The notes below the pieces were generated by a model, which saw only the letters and a program-made list of their open reading frames with translations, had not been told where the DNA came from and did not search any database. 64,000 bases of DNA from Octopus sinensis (lineage: Eukaryota): assembly GCF_006345805.1 (NCBI RefSeq), contig NC_042999.1:44206001-44270000 (forward strand), written 5' to 3'. The position numbers and the translations under genes were made by a program. Shown one piece after another: positions 24,573 to 36,516 of this stretch; the stretch's first letter is position 1, and each line of letters starts with the position of its first letter.

Positions 24573-24679
24573 CTTGGCATGGTCTCGGCTGATACCAACC
24601 AATTCTGCAGTTTTGCTGTGCATGTCTGTTCCTTCAGATTTTTTACCTTGCAGTGTCATCCAACTTAAGGCAGTGCAGC
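24573..24679 (-). CDS. POLG: POLG exon 16 ([36 protein letters not shown])
   Basis: 107 nt, WMTLQG..GTDxHSKTA and the start of motif B. Confidence 0.96.
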
Positions 24680-25778
24680 CTACAAACAGTGAAGAATAGT
24701 TAAAGATAGGAGATTCAAGCCTAAAAATGTCACTTTAAGCGTCCTGATTTTTAGAGTATACTCATTAGTCATCATAGATACTTTTATGGTATAAGCCTAC
24801 TTGATAAGGGTTGGCATGGCTATGAAACAGGTGATTTATAGTAAGACATAAAAAGCTTCATCATAGATACTTTTATGATATAAGTTTATTCTTATGACAC
24901 AAGGATGTTTGCAAAAGGGATATGAAAGCCTGCAACATCAATATTAGCAACTGAGAAGCAGTTGCCAGCAACGGTGGAGATTGGCGAACACAAAGGAGTG
25001 ACAGAGAGAGAGGAGAAATGGAAGGACAAGAAAAGACGTCAACAAGAAACTATGACATTATATAATATAATATAATGAAATTATTGTATACAGTGCTCAG
25101 GTGCATCACAACTTGTCAGAAAGTGCATATAAAGTATATATTACAACCAGCCAGGCAAAGTCTTTGCTACATTTGCAGCACCTGCCAGAGGGAGTGTTTG
25201 TCCCGGATAGGACTACACCGCCACAGCAGGAAATGTATTAGGACATGAAATGTAAAAGCCGGACTAGATTATTTTATGCGCAACTCCATTGTCTCCCAAG
25301 ACAAAAATGATGCCAACAGAAGTTTATGTGATAAGGATTGGTAGGGCTATGAAACAAAGTTAATCATAATAATATTCTGATAGGCACAGGCATGGCTGTT
25401 TGGATATAGAGTTGTTTCAAGTTCTATCTCACTGCGTGATACCACAAATGAGTGTCTCTCTACAATAGCTTCGAGTTGACCAATGCTTTGAGAGTGGTAT
25501 CAGTAGATGGAAACAGTATGGAAGACCAGTAGAATAAAGGAATCATTTTCTCAAAAACAGGTAAGGATTGGTGACTGGAAGGGTATTCAGCCATAAAATG
25601 CTACTTCAAATAAGTCTCCATCCAACCCATGCAACCATGGAAAACTAGACATAAAATGAACAAAGAAACATGTTAAAATATTGACATGTAATTAATTATG
25701 AAATACCATTATTTGTTTAGTTCTTCGAGACATAATACAGAAAAGAAAGAACAAAAGAACTCAACAAATTGCTCTTAC

Positions 25779-25914
25779 CATGCAACTGAGTGAAAAAGGA
25801 ATCACCAATTAGAGATGCTAACCACAGCTCCTGAGAATCCACATCAGCACCAACAAAGCAATACCCAGGTGGTGATTGCACCATTCCTTTTAGTTCACTT
25901 CCAATACGATCTTT
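25779..25914 (-). CDS. POLG: POLG exon 15 ([46 protein letters not shown]; Pol motif A)
   Basis: 136 nt, [11 protein letters not shown] catalytic motif. Confidence 0.98.
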
Positions 25915-26313
25915 CTGAAACATTTAAATGAGAACTAAATTCATTAGTAGCAAGTTATTTTTCCTAACGATTTCAAGGATATAATTTTGAAAAACAACTC
26001 TGGATCATAAAAAATAATCAATGCTGACTAGTATAAAGACATCCTTCTTATACCAGCCCACTGTGAACACCTCTGAGTCTATGATACACACTTTCTGCTT
26101 TAAAGTGACCATAGTTAAAACCTTCCATCAAAATGCCATATCAGTTTATGTTCCAGATACAAAGTTATTTAACTAAATTCTTCATTATTTTCAGAAGTAA
26201 TTGAAACAAAGGCAATGTATTTCAACAGAAATGTAGTAACAAAAGGGTTAAATACAACAGATTTAGCAACTTAAGGCGATCTAGCCTTAAATACAATAGA
26301 TCTAGCAACTTAT

Positions 26314-26717
26314 AAGGCAGTGAGCTGGCAGAAACGTCAGCACGCCGGGTGAAATGCGTAGCCATATTTTGTCTGCCGTTACGTTCTGAGTTCAAATTCC
26401 GCCGAGGTCGACTTTGCCTTTCGTCCTTTCGGGGTCGATTAAATAAGTACCAGTTACACACTGGGATCGATATAATCAACTTAATCCGTTTGTCTGTCCT
26501 TGTTTGTCCTCTCTGTGTTTAGTAAAGAAATAGGTATTTCGTCTACTGCTATGTTCTGAGTTCAAATTCTGCTGAGTTTGACTTTGCCTTTCATCCTTTC
26601 AGGGTCAATTAAATAAGTACCAGTTACGCACTGGGGTCGATATAATCGACTTAATCCGTTTGTCTGTTCTTGTTTGTCCCCTCTGTATGTAGCCCCTTGT
26701 GAGCAGTAAAGGAATAA
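26314..26717 (+). mobile_element. Dimeric family B SINE with TSD agatctagcaactt
   Basis: Two head-to-tail monomers, the second 5'-truncated, with a shared flanking direct repeat. Confidence 0.85.
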
Positions 26718-27110
26718 GATCTAGCAACTTAACATCAAAACTATACATTCTAACAGGCCAAGAGTTGTAATATGTCTAGTCTGTGATATTTATCTTTCAA
26801 TGCCTTCAAATCCATATTCATTCTCATTGGTGAAGGTATGGCTGTATGGTTAAGAAGATTACTTCACAACCACATGGTTTCCGACTCATCTCTGCTGCAT
26901 GGCACTGTGAATCCTTAAGCACCCTAATGCTTTGTGAATGAAACTCATGCTCACTCTCATGTAATATGAAGTGATAATGTATCTTCTCTACAGCAAGAAA
27001 TCTCTTCTTGTCCTTTCTATCACACCTCTTAACACCTAGTATATAACTGCCTCCTTCTCTACAGCACGCTCACTCAGGAGTGTCTTTAGTCTTGCTAGTT
27101 ACATGGTAAC

Positions 27111-27613
27111 TGTTGTGATTTTAGTTTTGATCATGTGATTTTGATTGTCTCGATTGCTGTTATATGCCTGCAGTGCGACTGCGCGGAGTTCTGTTCTGTT
27201 AGCGGCACGATGTGTTCAGTGTTGATTTTAGTTAGTCGAGAATGTAGCAACTCGCTGCATAAAAATGTTATTGCGATGACGTTTGGGTTTATAACAATTT
27301 AATCAACTAACTATAGCTACAGAGAGAGAACATCAGCAAATTTATAAAACCAAACTTGTTCACCGCTGATCTAAGTTTGAGTCAAGCTTCAAAAGAATGG
27401 AAATATTGGTTCGGAACTTTAAAAAATTTTTTAGAATCCTTTCCTGCTGAACCACCTATCAAAGATGAAAGCAAACTTAGGTGTTTAATAGCACACATAG
27501 ATAAAGATATTCACAAACTCGTAAGTGAATGTAAGAATTACTCAGAAGCAATTAAAACTCTGAGAGACTGTGAAACCTTTTAAACTTTGATATTCGAGTT
27601 TGGGTTTATAACA
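27111..27613 (+). mobile_element. Internally deleted Gypsy-type LTR retrotransposon relic: LTR plus gag N-terminus
   Basis: TG...ttgggtttataaCA at 27111-27296, with the same end repeated at 27613. ORF 27356..27583 (ASKEWKYW..TLKNF...KL.CL....I...ECKNY.EAI..L) resembles an invertebrate Gypsy gag N-terminus. Confidence 0.65.
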
Positions 27614-27867
27614 GTGAGCTCACTAATGCTGGTGCAATGAAAACAGCAACCAGTACATTCAATAAGATGGTTGGCATTAGGAAGAGCATCTTGCCATAGA
27701 AACCATGTTAAAGTAGACAGTGAAGCATTATGCGATCCTCCAGCTTGTCACACCCTGTTGAACCATCCAGCCCATGACAGCATAGTATATGGATATTGCA
27801 AGACAATAATAATGATGATAAATACATATACATACACGTGTGTGTGTGTCTTGATATTGTTGATATA

Positions 27868-28101
27868 AGGCGGCAAGCTGGCAGAAACGTTAGCACGCCA
27901 GGCGAAATGCGTAGCCGTATTTCGTCTGCCGTTAGGTTCCGAGTTCAAATTCCACCAAGGTCGACTTTGCTTTTCATCCTTTCGGGGTCGATAAATTAAG
28001 TACCAGTTACGCACTGGGGTCGATATAATTGACTTAATCCCTTTGTCTGTCCTTGTTTGTCCTCTCTCTGTTTAGCCCCTTGTGGGTAGTAAAGAAATAG
28101 G
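27868..28101 (+). mobile_element. Family B SINE with TSD tattgttgat
   Basis: CpG-rich, near-consensus-looking copy with flanking direct repeats. Confidence 0.9.
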
Positions 28102-28409
28102 TATTGTTGATGTTGAAGTGTAAAAAACCAGTATCAATGCTTAGGTAGCAATGTCATTATTGGTGTCTGCCACCAAAGCATATCCAGCTGTTGAGCAGTT
28201 CATCACATGAAAGACCGAGCAAATAAGTATCTTACTAGTAAACAAGTAAGGGCTGGCAAAAGGATGGACACCTGGCTTTAGAATACTGCCTGAGCAGGTT
28301 TCATCCAACACATGCCAGCATGGAAACAACAACATAAAACGGATGAAGAAGATGATGATGATTAAAACAAGAAGCCACTACTTGTAAAATGAAATCAAAA
28401 GATACATAC

Positions 28410-28527
28410 ATAAGCGTTGCTGGCTGTCAGCCACGTTGGTTCAACAGCACGTCGAGTAACGGTACCGGCTGGAACAATCCGAGGTACAATGGCACCATAC
28501 TGCTTAATAACTGAATACTCTTTGTTC
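28410..28527 (-). CDS. POLG: POLG exon 14 ([40 protein letters not shown])
   Basis: 118 nt, [19 protein letters not shown] motif. Confidence 0.97.
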
Positions 28528-28845
28528 CTTTAATGAACATATAAAATTTTAAAAATCAATTAAAAGCAGAAATATAATAACAGTAGTTTGTTTCAAAGGA
28601 AATCGTCTTGCTCCAAAAAAAAAAAATAAATAAATAAGGGTTGGGGAGGCTGAGTGGTGGGGAACTACTGGCTACTACTAGTTGAAAATATGAGGTCAAA
28701 CTCTGCACTGGGCAAGACATAAAGAGCTTCACTTTCTTTTTTTATCAATGTAATTCAATTCAATAATAGAGCTTGATATTAACCACAGATCTGGAATCAA
28801 AATGATAATGACTCTGAAATTCATGTACAATCTTACTGTAGCTTA

Positions 28846-29232
28846 CTCTCTTTACTCTTACTTGTTTCAGTCATTTGACTGTGGCCATGCTGGAGCAACA
28901 CCTTTAGTCGAGCACCTCAACTCCAGGACTTATTCTTTGTAAGCCTAGTACTTTTTCTATCGGTCTCTTTTGCCGAACCACTAAGTTACAGGGACGTAAA
29001 CACACCAGCATCGGTTGTCAAGCGATGTTGGGGGGACAAACACAGACACACACACATATATATATATACATATGACGGGCCTCTTTCAGTTTCCGTCTAC
29101 CAAATCCATTCACAAGGCTTTGGTCGGCCCAAGGCTATAGTAGTAGACACTTGCCCAAGGTGCCACGCAGTGGGACTGAACCCGGAACCATGTGGTTCGT
29201 AAGGAAGCTACTTACCACACAGCCACTCCTAC
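28846..29232 (-). mobile_element. Family A SINE, full length
   Basis: Reverse complement of the family A structure. Confidence 0.9.
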
Positions 29233-29499
29233 ACCTATTTTTCAATAAATGTATTTCCTAATTATTGAAGGTTAAATTAAACCTGTAGATAATATATATG
29301 ATAAAAAGAGAAGAGCAATGTCTATAGATCCTCATTTAAACATCTCAAATTATTATGGCAAAAACAGAGTGATAGATTAAGTACCAAACTTTAAGATATG
29401 TACAAGGGTCACTTTGATCAACTAAACCCTTCAAGGCAGTGCCCCATCATGGCAATAGTCTGGTGAGAAAAGAGTATGTATATATTTAATGGCTCTTGT

Positions 29500-29890
29500 G
29501 TTAATTTTAGAAAATGAGGGTTATAGCTGTTTGATAAGAGAAGGACTGAGGACTTGATGGGGGTGCTGGGGTTGGAGGAATCAGTGGAACGGCTGGCAAG
29601 GGAGAATGGAGTGCGGTGGTACGAGCATGTGTTGAGGAGGGATGAGGAGCATGTTCTGGAGAGGGTGCTAGAGTTTGAGGTGAATGGATGGCAAAAGCAA
29701 GGTAGCCCAAAGAAAATGTGGAAGGGACAGGTGGAGGGGGAGATTGGGAGTGTTGGCTTGAGAAGGGAGGATGCCCAAAACTGAGCAAGATGGCAAGATG
29801 GTGTGAGGGTGGTTGTTATGGCATTGTGGTAGATCCTGCCACCCCGGTTAACAGGAACAAAACCTGGATTCAAAATGATGGATGGATGGA
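29500..29890 (+). mobile_element. RTE-clade LINE 3' fragment with a (GATG)n tail
   Basis: ORF 29554..29784 (VRWYEHVLRRDE..G.PKKMW). Confidence 0.85.
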
Positions 29891-30055
29891 TATGGACTAG
29901 TTGATTTTATACACACACATAAATAAAGACATCTACCGGAGAGGACTAAGCTAAAAAAATAAATAAATAAATAAATTTTTAAAAGACAGAACAAACCCCA
30001 GAAGTCAAACTATACATATACTGCTAGTGATTACACCAAGTGGAATCTGAACAAA

Positions 30056-30455
30056 TCTCTATATATATAAAACTGAAGTTGTCTGTGTATGGCAGGTTTA
30101 GTAGCCTTCAACTAACACTATCTCCTCCAAGACCCTGTGGCACAAGTTGATCAAAATTGAGAGTATGATAGAAGAAGGCTTGCTCTTCCTTCCATAGAAG
30201 AAAAAATTCAAATCGGACCATGTTAACACCAAAAATTATTTACATCAAAAAGGTGCTTTTTTTCTATGAAAATCCCTATTTTTTAATGATTTTTTTGACT
30301 GCTGTGTCATCATTTTTCGGTGTATTTCAACCAGAAAAATGTTCACTTAATGAGAATAACAAGCTACATAATGCAAAATTTTTACTTTTCAAAAATTCCA
30401 ATTCTAAAGAGTCGAAAAGAAAACAAGCCCAAGCAACGCTGGGCTATACTGCTAG
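30056..30455 (+). mobile_element. Non-autonomous Helitron
   Basis: A|TC start and CTAG|T end, with the subterminal hairpin gcccaagcaacgctgggc at 30427-30444. Confidence 0.8.
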
Positions 30456-30554
30456 TTCAATTATAAAAAGAAGACTGAAAATGTTTCACTAGTTTCTTAA
30501 CTACACAGGTATGCCTGTGTAATTAAAACAAAATACAATTTGGTAGAGACCTAC

Positions 30555-30608
30555 CTAATGACTGCAGGAGGAAGTTCGCTGTGCTTTGCCCAAACAACCA
30601 TTTGTGAC
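30555..30608 (-). CDS. POLG: POLG exon 13 (E-SQMVVWAKHSELPPAVI-R)
   Basis: 54 nt, SQMVVW motif, donor GTAGGT. Confidence 0.94.
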   Translation of the reverse strand, partial: VTNGCLGKAQRTSSCSH

Positions 30609-31354
30609 CTAAAAAGCCAAAAGCAAAAAATTATAACAATTTGTATTCCCTTTTCCACAGAAGAGTTCTTAGACAAGTTCTTTTGGTAGATTTATAATGA
30701 GAATTGAAAGAATATAACATTTCTTCTTCCAAGAGAGAGAGAGAGAGAGAGAATATAGGGAAATGTCATGAATATATAAGTAGATGGTTCTAATAGAGCA
30801 CTATTTTTCACAGTTTTTCTAATTTTAAATGGAATGCAAATTGCTCCACCAAACTTGCTTGATGCATAGTCCTCAGGACCAAGTTCTCTCAAGAAGCATC
30901 AAACCTCAACAAATATTGGAACAAGAATATGTAGTTGGTTACAAAATTGTGATTAAAATTTTATTATTTTATAAAGACAAACTTTATTACATTTTTTTTC
31001 TATTAATGACATTTTCTAAATAGTTAGAGGTAACTGACATAACAGTATTTTCATTCATCTCCCATTATTGGTGAATTTGATTTGTGAAACTAAATTTTCT
31101 TGGATTTGTTGTAATTATTTTCCCCAACTCTTCTCTGCTCTGTCACTTCATCTACTACCATACAATCTACAACTGCGAGATACCTCCTTTGAAAAGTGTA
31201 TGAGTACCGTTCATAGGCTGATATGTAAGACAGGTGGTTACACATAGTCAGGGGTAACCTATAATTAAACAACAATAAAGCCAGTAATTACACTGTTAAC
31301 TCCTAAATTAATTAAATATAAATTATTCAATGGTTCAAAAATAAATTTATTTAC

Positions 31355-31515
31355 TCAATTCTTTTCTGGTTATTCTTCCAGTAAGAGCACAACTTGCTAA
31401 TAAGGAGCACAGCATTAGCATAATCACCACCAGCAGAAGCCCTTAATGTGCCATCTGTAACTTTGTTTAAGTAATCCTTTGCCAATATATTTCCCACTCT
31501 TTTATTCTTACCATC
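31355..31515 (-). CDS. POLG: POLG exon 12 (DGKNKRVGNILAKDYLNKVTDGTLRASAGG...SYWKNNQKRI-E)
   Basis: 161 nt, DG..VG..AKD..DGTL motifs, AG/GT flanks. Confidence 0.96.
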
Positions 31516-32174
31516 CTATGTACACAAAAGAAAGAAACCAATGATAAGGACAAAAAATATTTAACCAATGAAGAAAAAACAAAAGTGAAACAGCCAAGGT
31601 TGTATGAGCAAATGAGGGAGCTTATACATAGTTGCTTGACATGTTAGAAAAAATGCAATCAGATCTCCCTCAAATCACATTTTATTGTTTTAAATAAAGG
31701 ATACATTGGACATTTTTTTTTTCCAAAAAAGATGACAGGTAAAGTTGACTTCAGCAGGATTTGAACTCAGAGTGACCAGAGTGCCTAAATTCTGCCACAT
31801 AAAAAAAGCACTGGTGATGGTGTCATGTAAAAAGCACTCAGTACATGCTGTAAAGTGGATGGCATTAGGAAGATTACCTAGCTGTAGAAACCAAGCCAAA
31901 ACAGATTATGAAACCTGGTGTGGCCTTGCCAGCTCCAGTCAAGCTGTGCAACCCATGCCAGAATGGAAAATGGATGTTGAATGATGATATTGTGACCGCG
32001 TGTGTATCGTTGGCGATTTTTTTTCCTCTGTATTCCCTTCCTTGGATCTTTCCTTTTCCTATGTTTCTGACGAAGAGCTCTGCTCGAAACGTTAAATCCT
32101 CCTTTCTTTCCTTAGCATCCAATAACACTATACTTGTTCCACGTCCTCGTGTTGTTATGTTTTCATGTTTGGAT

Positions 32175-32219
<45 letters not shown>

Positions 32220-32458
32220 CAGGATGGTCACAGATGGAATGCCTTTGATCAGAGATATGCCCAATCTGTTCAACCACAACTATGATTTAGATATATCCAA
32301 TTTCTCTTGCAGGTATTGTTTGCAACATTCTATATTTAATCAAATATACATATTTTCTTCAGTTCCTTCCATTGCTCATTAATTCTATAATGAGCCATTA
32401 CTCTACTAAACCAGTTCTCATTATCACACTATTTTCATCAATAGAGTAAATAACCAGG

Positions 32459-32680
32459 AGGCGGTGAGCTGGCAGAAACGTCAGCACACCGGGCGAAATG
32501 CTTAGCAGTATTTCGTCTGCCGCTACGTTCTGAGTTCAAATTCCGCCAAGGTCGACTTTGCCCTTCATCCTTTCGGCGTTGATTAAATAAGTACCAGTTA
32601 CGCACTGGGGTCAATATAATCAACTTAATCCATTTGTCCCCTCTGTGTGTAGCCCCTTGTGGCTAGTAAAGAAATAAGAA
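32459..32680 (+). mobile_element. Family B SINE with TSD taaataaccagg
   Basis: Direct repeats at 32447-32458 and 32681-32692. Confidence 0.9.
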
Positions 32681-33129
32681 TAAATAACCAGGCTAAAATA
32701 CTAGAGAGAATCCCATTGAGTGTGTGTGTGTCTGTGTTTGTCCCCCCAATACTGATTGACAACCACTGCTGGTGTGTTTACATCCCTGTAATAAGTACCA
32801 GGCTTTAAAAAAACAATAATAATAATTACTGGAATCAATACATTTGACTACAAATTCTTCAAGGTGTTGCCCCAGCATGGCCGCAGTCTAATGACTGAAA
32901 CAAGTAAAAGACAAAAGCTACCATTTTAATAAAGGAACAATAATTGAGTACACTGTTAAATATATACCAAAATGATCATGGCTTATGAAGGTGCATGACC
33001 TAGCGGTTAAGGTGTTTAGCTCATCATTATCAGGTTATAGGTGCAATTTCTGTAACATATTGCATTCTTGAGTAAAGCACTTCGTTTCTCTGTGTTTCAA
33101 TCTATACAGTTGTAAAGTTTATTAGCCAG

Positions 33130-33880
33130 GTGTTGGTGCAGCCATCTCTCTAGCCATTAATCCTGGATGTTTTGATAGATCAAAGGTGAGCAGATTGAGA
33201 AGATGTCTGTTCATGATTACATAAGTACCTAAAACAGTTAGCAAAAGCATGGCATATAATACCCAGCTAATTCTCACTACTGTATACCTGTGAGACTTGG
33301 ACAGTGTATGAATGCTATGCCAAAAAACTAAACCATTTCCACATGAACTGCTTGAGAAAGCTGTTGAAAACCACCTAGAAAGGCAAGATCCCAGAAATGG
33401 AGGTCCTCTCTTGAGCTGATCTTCCAAACATTTACACAGTGCTGAGAAGAGGTGAGCAGGCCACCTTGCTTGAATGCCTGACACACAACTCTCCAAAATA
33501 CTGTTTTATACAGGGGACTGGTGGAAGGCAAGCGCACACAAGGTGGTCAGAAAAAGCTCTTCAAGGATACACTCAAAGCCTCACTGAACTGCTTTAAGAT
33601 CAACCCAGACACTTGAAAAATGCAAGTACAAAATCGTCCTGCTTAGCAAAGATGCACCAACAGACATTCTACCTACTATAAACAGAACAAGATTACAGGA
33701 GCACAAAGAAAACATGAACTGCACAAATCCAAAGCCAACACCTTGCCTTCAGTCCTAGCAGACCACCAGAGCCTTCTGAGCATCCATTGTACTGATTTGT
33801 CACAGCAGACACACTGTGACCTATTTTCTCCGGTGTGATGTCCAAGTTCATTGTCGACAAAGACAAACTAATAACTCACT
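33130..33880 (+). mobile_element. Decayed RTE (BovB-like) LINE ORF2 3' fragment
   Basis: Translates as ETWTVYECYAKKLNHFHMNCLRKLL..AGH.A.MPD..GGQKK.FKDTLK, with stops. Confidence 0.85.
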
Positions 33881-34027
33881 CATGGGTCACTATACAATTA
33901 GCTATATTGTACTTGATCATAGCTTGAACATGAATCTCTTTGGACAATCAGATTTGACACCAGACTAAACAAACATCTAAAATTGTCAAGCAAAGTGCAA
34001 GTCTAAATTATCTTGGAAAATAATTAC

Positions 34028-34123
34028 TTTGTGTGGAATTTTAAAGAAATAAACTGGAATATTTTCAATAATGAAAGGCCCTTCTCCAGTGTGGTATGCA
34101 GGATGACTGTTTCTGTCATAATT
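34028..34123 (-). CDS. POLG: POLG exon 11 (NYDRNSHPAYHTGEGPFIIENIPVYFFKIPHK)
   Basis: 96 nt, YHxGxGP and FFKxPHK motifs. Confidence 0.95.
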
Positions 34124-34516
34124 CTGGAAAGAGACAAAGAAATATATGAACTTGATATATTGAAGTAGATTATTGTTTCTAAAGACTGCATGTGTTACCA
34201 AATGAATTCATAGAAAATAATAAAATGACTGATTCATTAAAGCTGAAATTATTAGAATGTCTGCTAACGTAACAGGTGTATAAAAGTGTTCTATAAAAAA
34301 TTAAGTTTTTAATGAAAATAGTCACTAATGGTGGTTGACATCTTTTGCAATGATTTCATAACTGCTATTTAAAAGAAAAAAGATTTTACTCCAAAAAAGG
34401 CTTAACCACAGTTAAACTAAAGCTGGAATAAAGAAATTAAAAGATACTACTGCTAGGAATGTCATAAGCCAATCTAAAGTCACAGTCTTCTATGAGGTGG
34501 TACTGGTGCCACATAA

Positions 34517-34747
34517 GGCGGTGAGCTGGCAGAAATGTTAGCATGCTGGGCGAAATGCTTTGTGGTATTTCGTCTGCCACTACGTTCTGAGTTCAAATTC
34601 CGCCGAGGTCGACTTTGCCTTTCATCCTTTCGGAGTTGATTAAAAAAGTACCAGTTACGCACTGGGGTCGATATAATCGACTTAATCCGTTTGTCTGTCC
34701 TTGTTTGTCCTCTCTGTGTTTAGCCCCTTGTGGGCAGCAAAGAAATA
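34517..34747 (+). mobile_element. Family B SINE with a perfect 18-bp TSD ggtactggtgccacataa
   Basis: Direct repeats at 34499-34516 and 34748-34765. Confidence 0.92.
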
Positions 34748-36064
34748 GGTACTGGTGCCACATAAAAAAAACACCCAGTAGTCTGTGGATCTTCTTCGGT
34801 TATAAATGTACCTAGAAGGTGCCACTCTGATGTACAACTCCAAGCAAGGTTGTTTATGGAAGACCTGTAGTCTCCCATGCATACCAGCCTCCCATCTGCA
34901 TGACACCGATGTTATCCAAAGGAAAAGCAAAGGCTGATACAGCTTGGCATCAGTGACACCACAACTGATTTCTACAGCTGAGTAAACTGGAGCAATGTGA
35001 AATAAAGTGTCTTGCTCAAGAACATTGCACACAGCCTGGTCTGGAAATCAAACTCACTACCCCATGACTGTGAGCCTGGTGCTCTAACCACCGAGCCATT
35101 CACCTTCACCAATAGTTTAGTGGATTAAGTATGGAGTGCAAAGTCAAAGATTCTGAGTTCATAAAGTGAGATGCGATTATGTGGTAAGAAATTTGCTTAC
35201 CAATCACATGGCTTTGGGTTCAGTCCTACTGCATGGTACCTTGGACAAGTTTCTTCTTGGAACAATCAATGCCTGTCAGTGAATCTGGTAGAATGGAAAC
35301 TGAAAGAAGCCCATGGTGTGTGTGTGTGTGCGCGCGTGCATATTTCCCAGTCTTGACATAGCAAGATTGTTGTAAATTAAAGTCATTCATTTTCAATATC
35401 CTGCAAAAACATGTCAGGCCATGGGGGAAATAATAACTTGCTTGGAAACAGGTAATGGAGTTGGCAGCAGGAAGGGCATCCAGCCAGTGAAAAATCTGCT
35501 TCAATAAACTCCATTTGACCTATGTGTGCATAGAAAAGTAGATTTTAAAAAGTAAATGATGATATGATTTTATAGCACCTCTAAGAAGTGTTTATTGTGT
35601 GAAACAGTTTTCAATGCTACCTATCATCATCTTCATCATTTAATGTCCATTTTCTGTGTTGGCATGGGTTGGACAGTTTGACAGAAGCTGGCAAGGCCAG
35701 GAGGCTGCACCCAGCTCCATTGTCTGTTCTGGCACGGTTTCTATGGCTAGATGCCCTTCCTAACATCAACCACTCCACAGACTACCAGGCGTTTTTTATG
35801 TGGCACCAGTACCAGCATCAATTCTGCTGTGACAGACAAGTCTTCCTGAGTACAGCAAACCATCAGATATCTCGTTCCTTTGTTATCTCCTTCATAAAGG
35901 TCATTATCTTTAGATCAGCCTTCAATACTTCGTCCCATGTCTTCCTGGGTCTCCCTCTTCTACAAGTTCCATTTACTTCAAGTGATTGGTACTTCTGTAT
36001 GCAACTGTCTAAAAGAGAAAAGTCTTTCTCATGTACAGAATTGAGAGCTATAGTTGTGTTTTAA

Positions 36065-36278
36065 CCCTTTTGTTTCTAACCCGGCTGAAACTGGCTCTGA
36101 GTACAAATGTCTTGTTTTCATAAGTTTTGAATTAAATTCTTCCACCAAACCTTAGTCACAATTTATGTTCCTAACACTAGCTTTATGATAACTAGGTTAT
36201 TTTACTAAATTCTTTGTTATATTTAAAGTAATCGAAAGACACAGAGAGCATCTCAAAATAAATACAGTAATGAAAGGG
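36065..36278. mobile_element. piggyBac-like MITE (family P3)
   Basis: TTAA|CCCTTT...AAAGGG|TTAA. Related copies lie at about 4803-5020 and 26030-26250. Confidence 0.75.
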
Positions 36279-36362
36279 TTAAAGGGTTCCTGCAGCTAAA
36301 AGTATCATTTATCAAATGTATGGGGAAAAAAGAAAACTTTCTCTGAGCAAAAAACTCCTTAC

Positions 36363-36516
36363 CTTCGAAAATCCAGCTTTTCGCCAATGTTTGTTTTTCT
36401 CTTTGGCATCCATACATTTATCATCACTGTAATTCATGCTGGAATGAATATTCTCTTTTAACGATGTGGATGATGCAGAGGTCTTGGACATGTTGTTACA
36501 CAGTTGAAGAAATTGC
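36363..36516 (-). CDS. POLG: POLG exon 10 (Q-QFLQLCNNMSK...HWRKAGFSK; variable spacer)
   Basis: 154 nt, phase 2-0 is required to join exon 9 to exon 11. Acceptor ttttag, donor GTAAGG. The sequence itself is poorly conserved. Confidence 0.8.

Noticed and set aside
30740-30930. Possible pogo/Tigger transposase relic (APPN..PQDQV..RSIK)
   Set aside because: Only a few motif residues spread across frameshifts, which is too weak to call.
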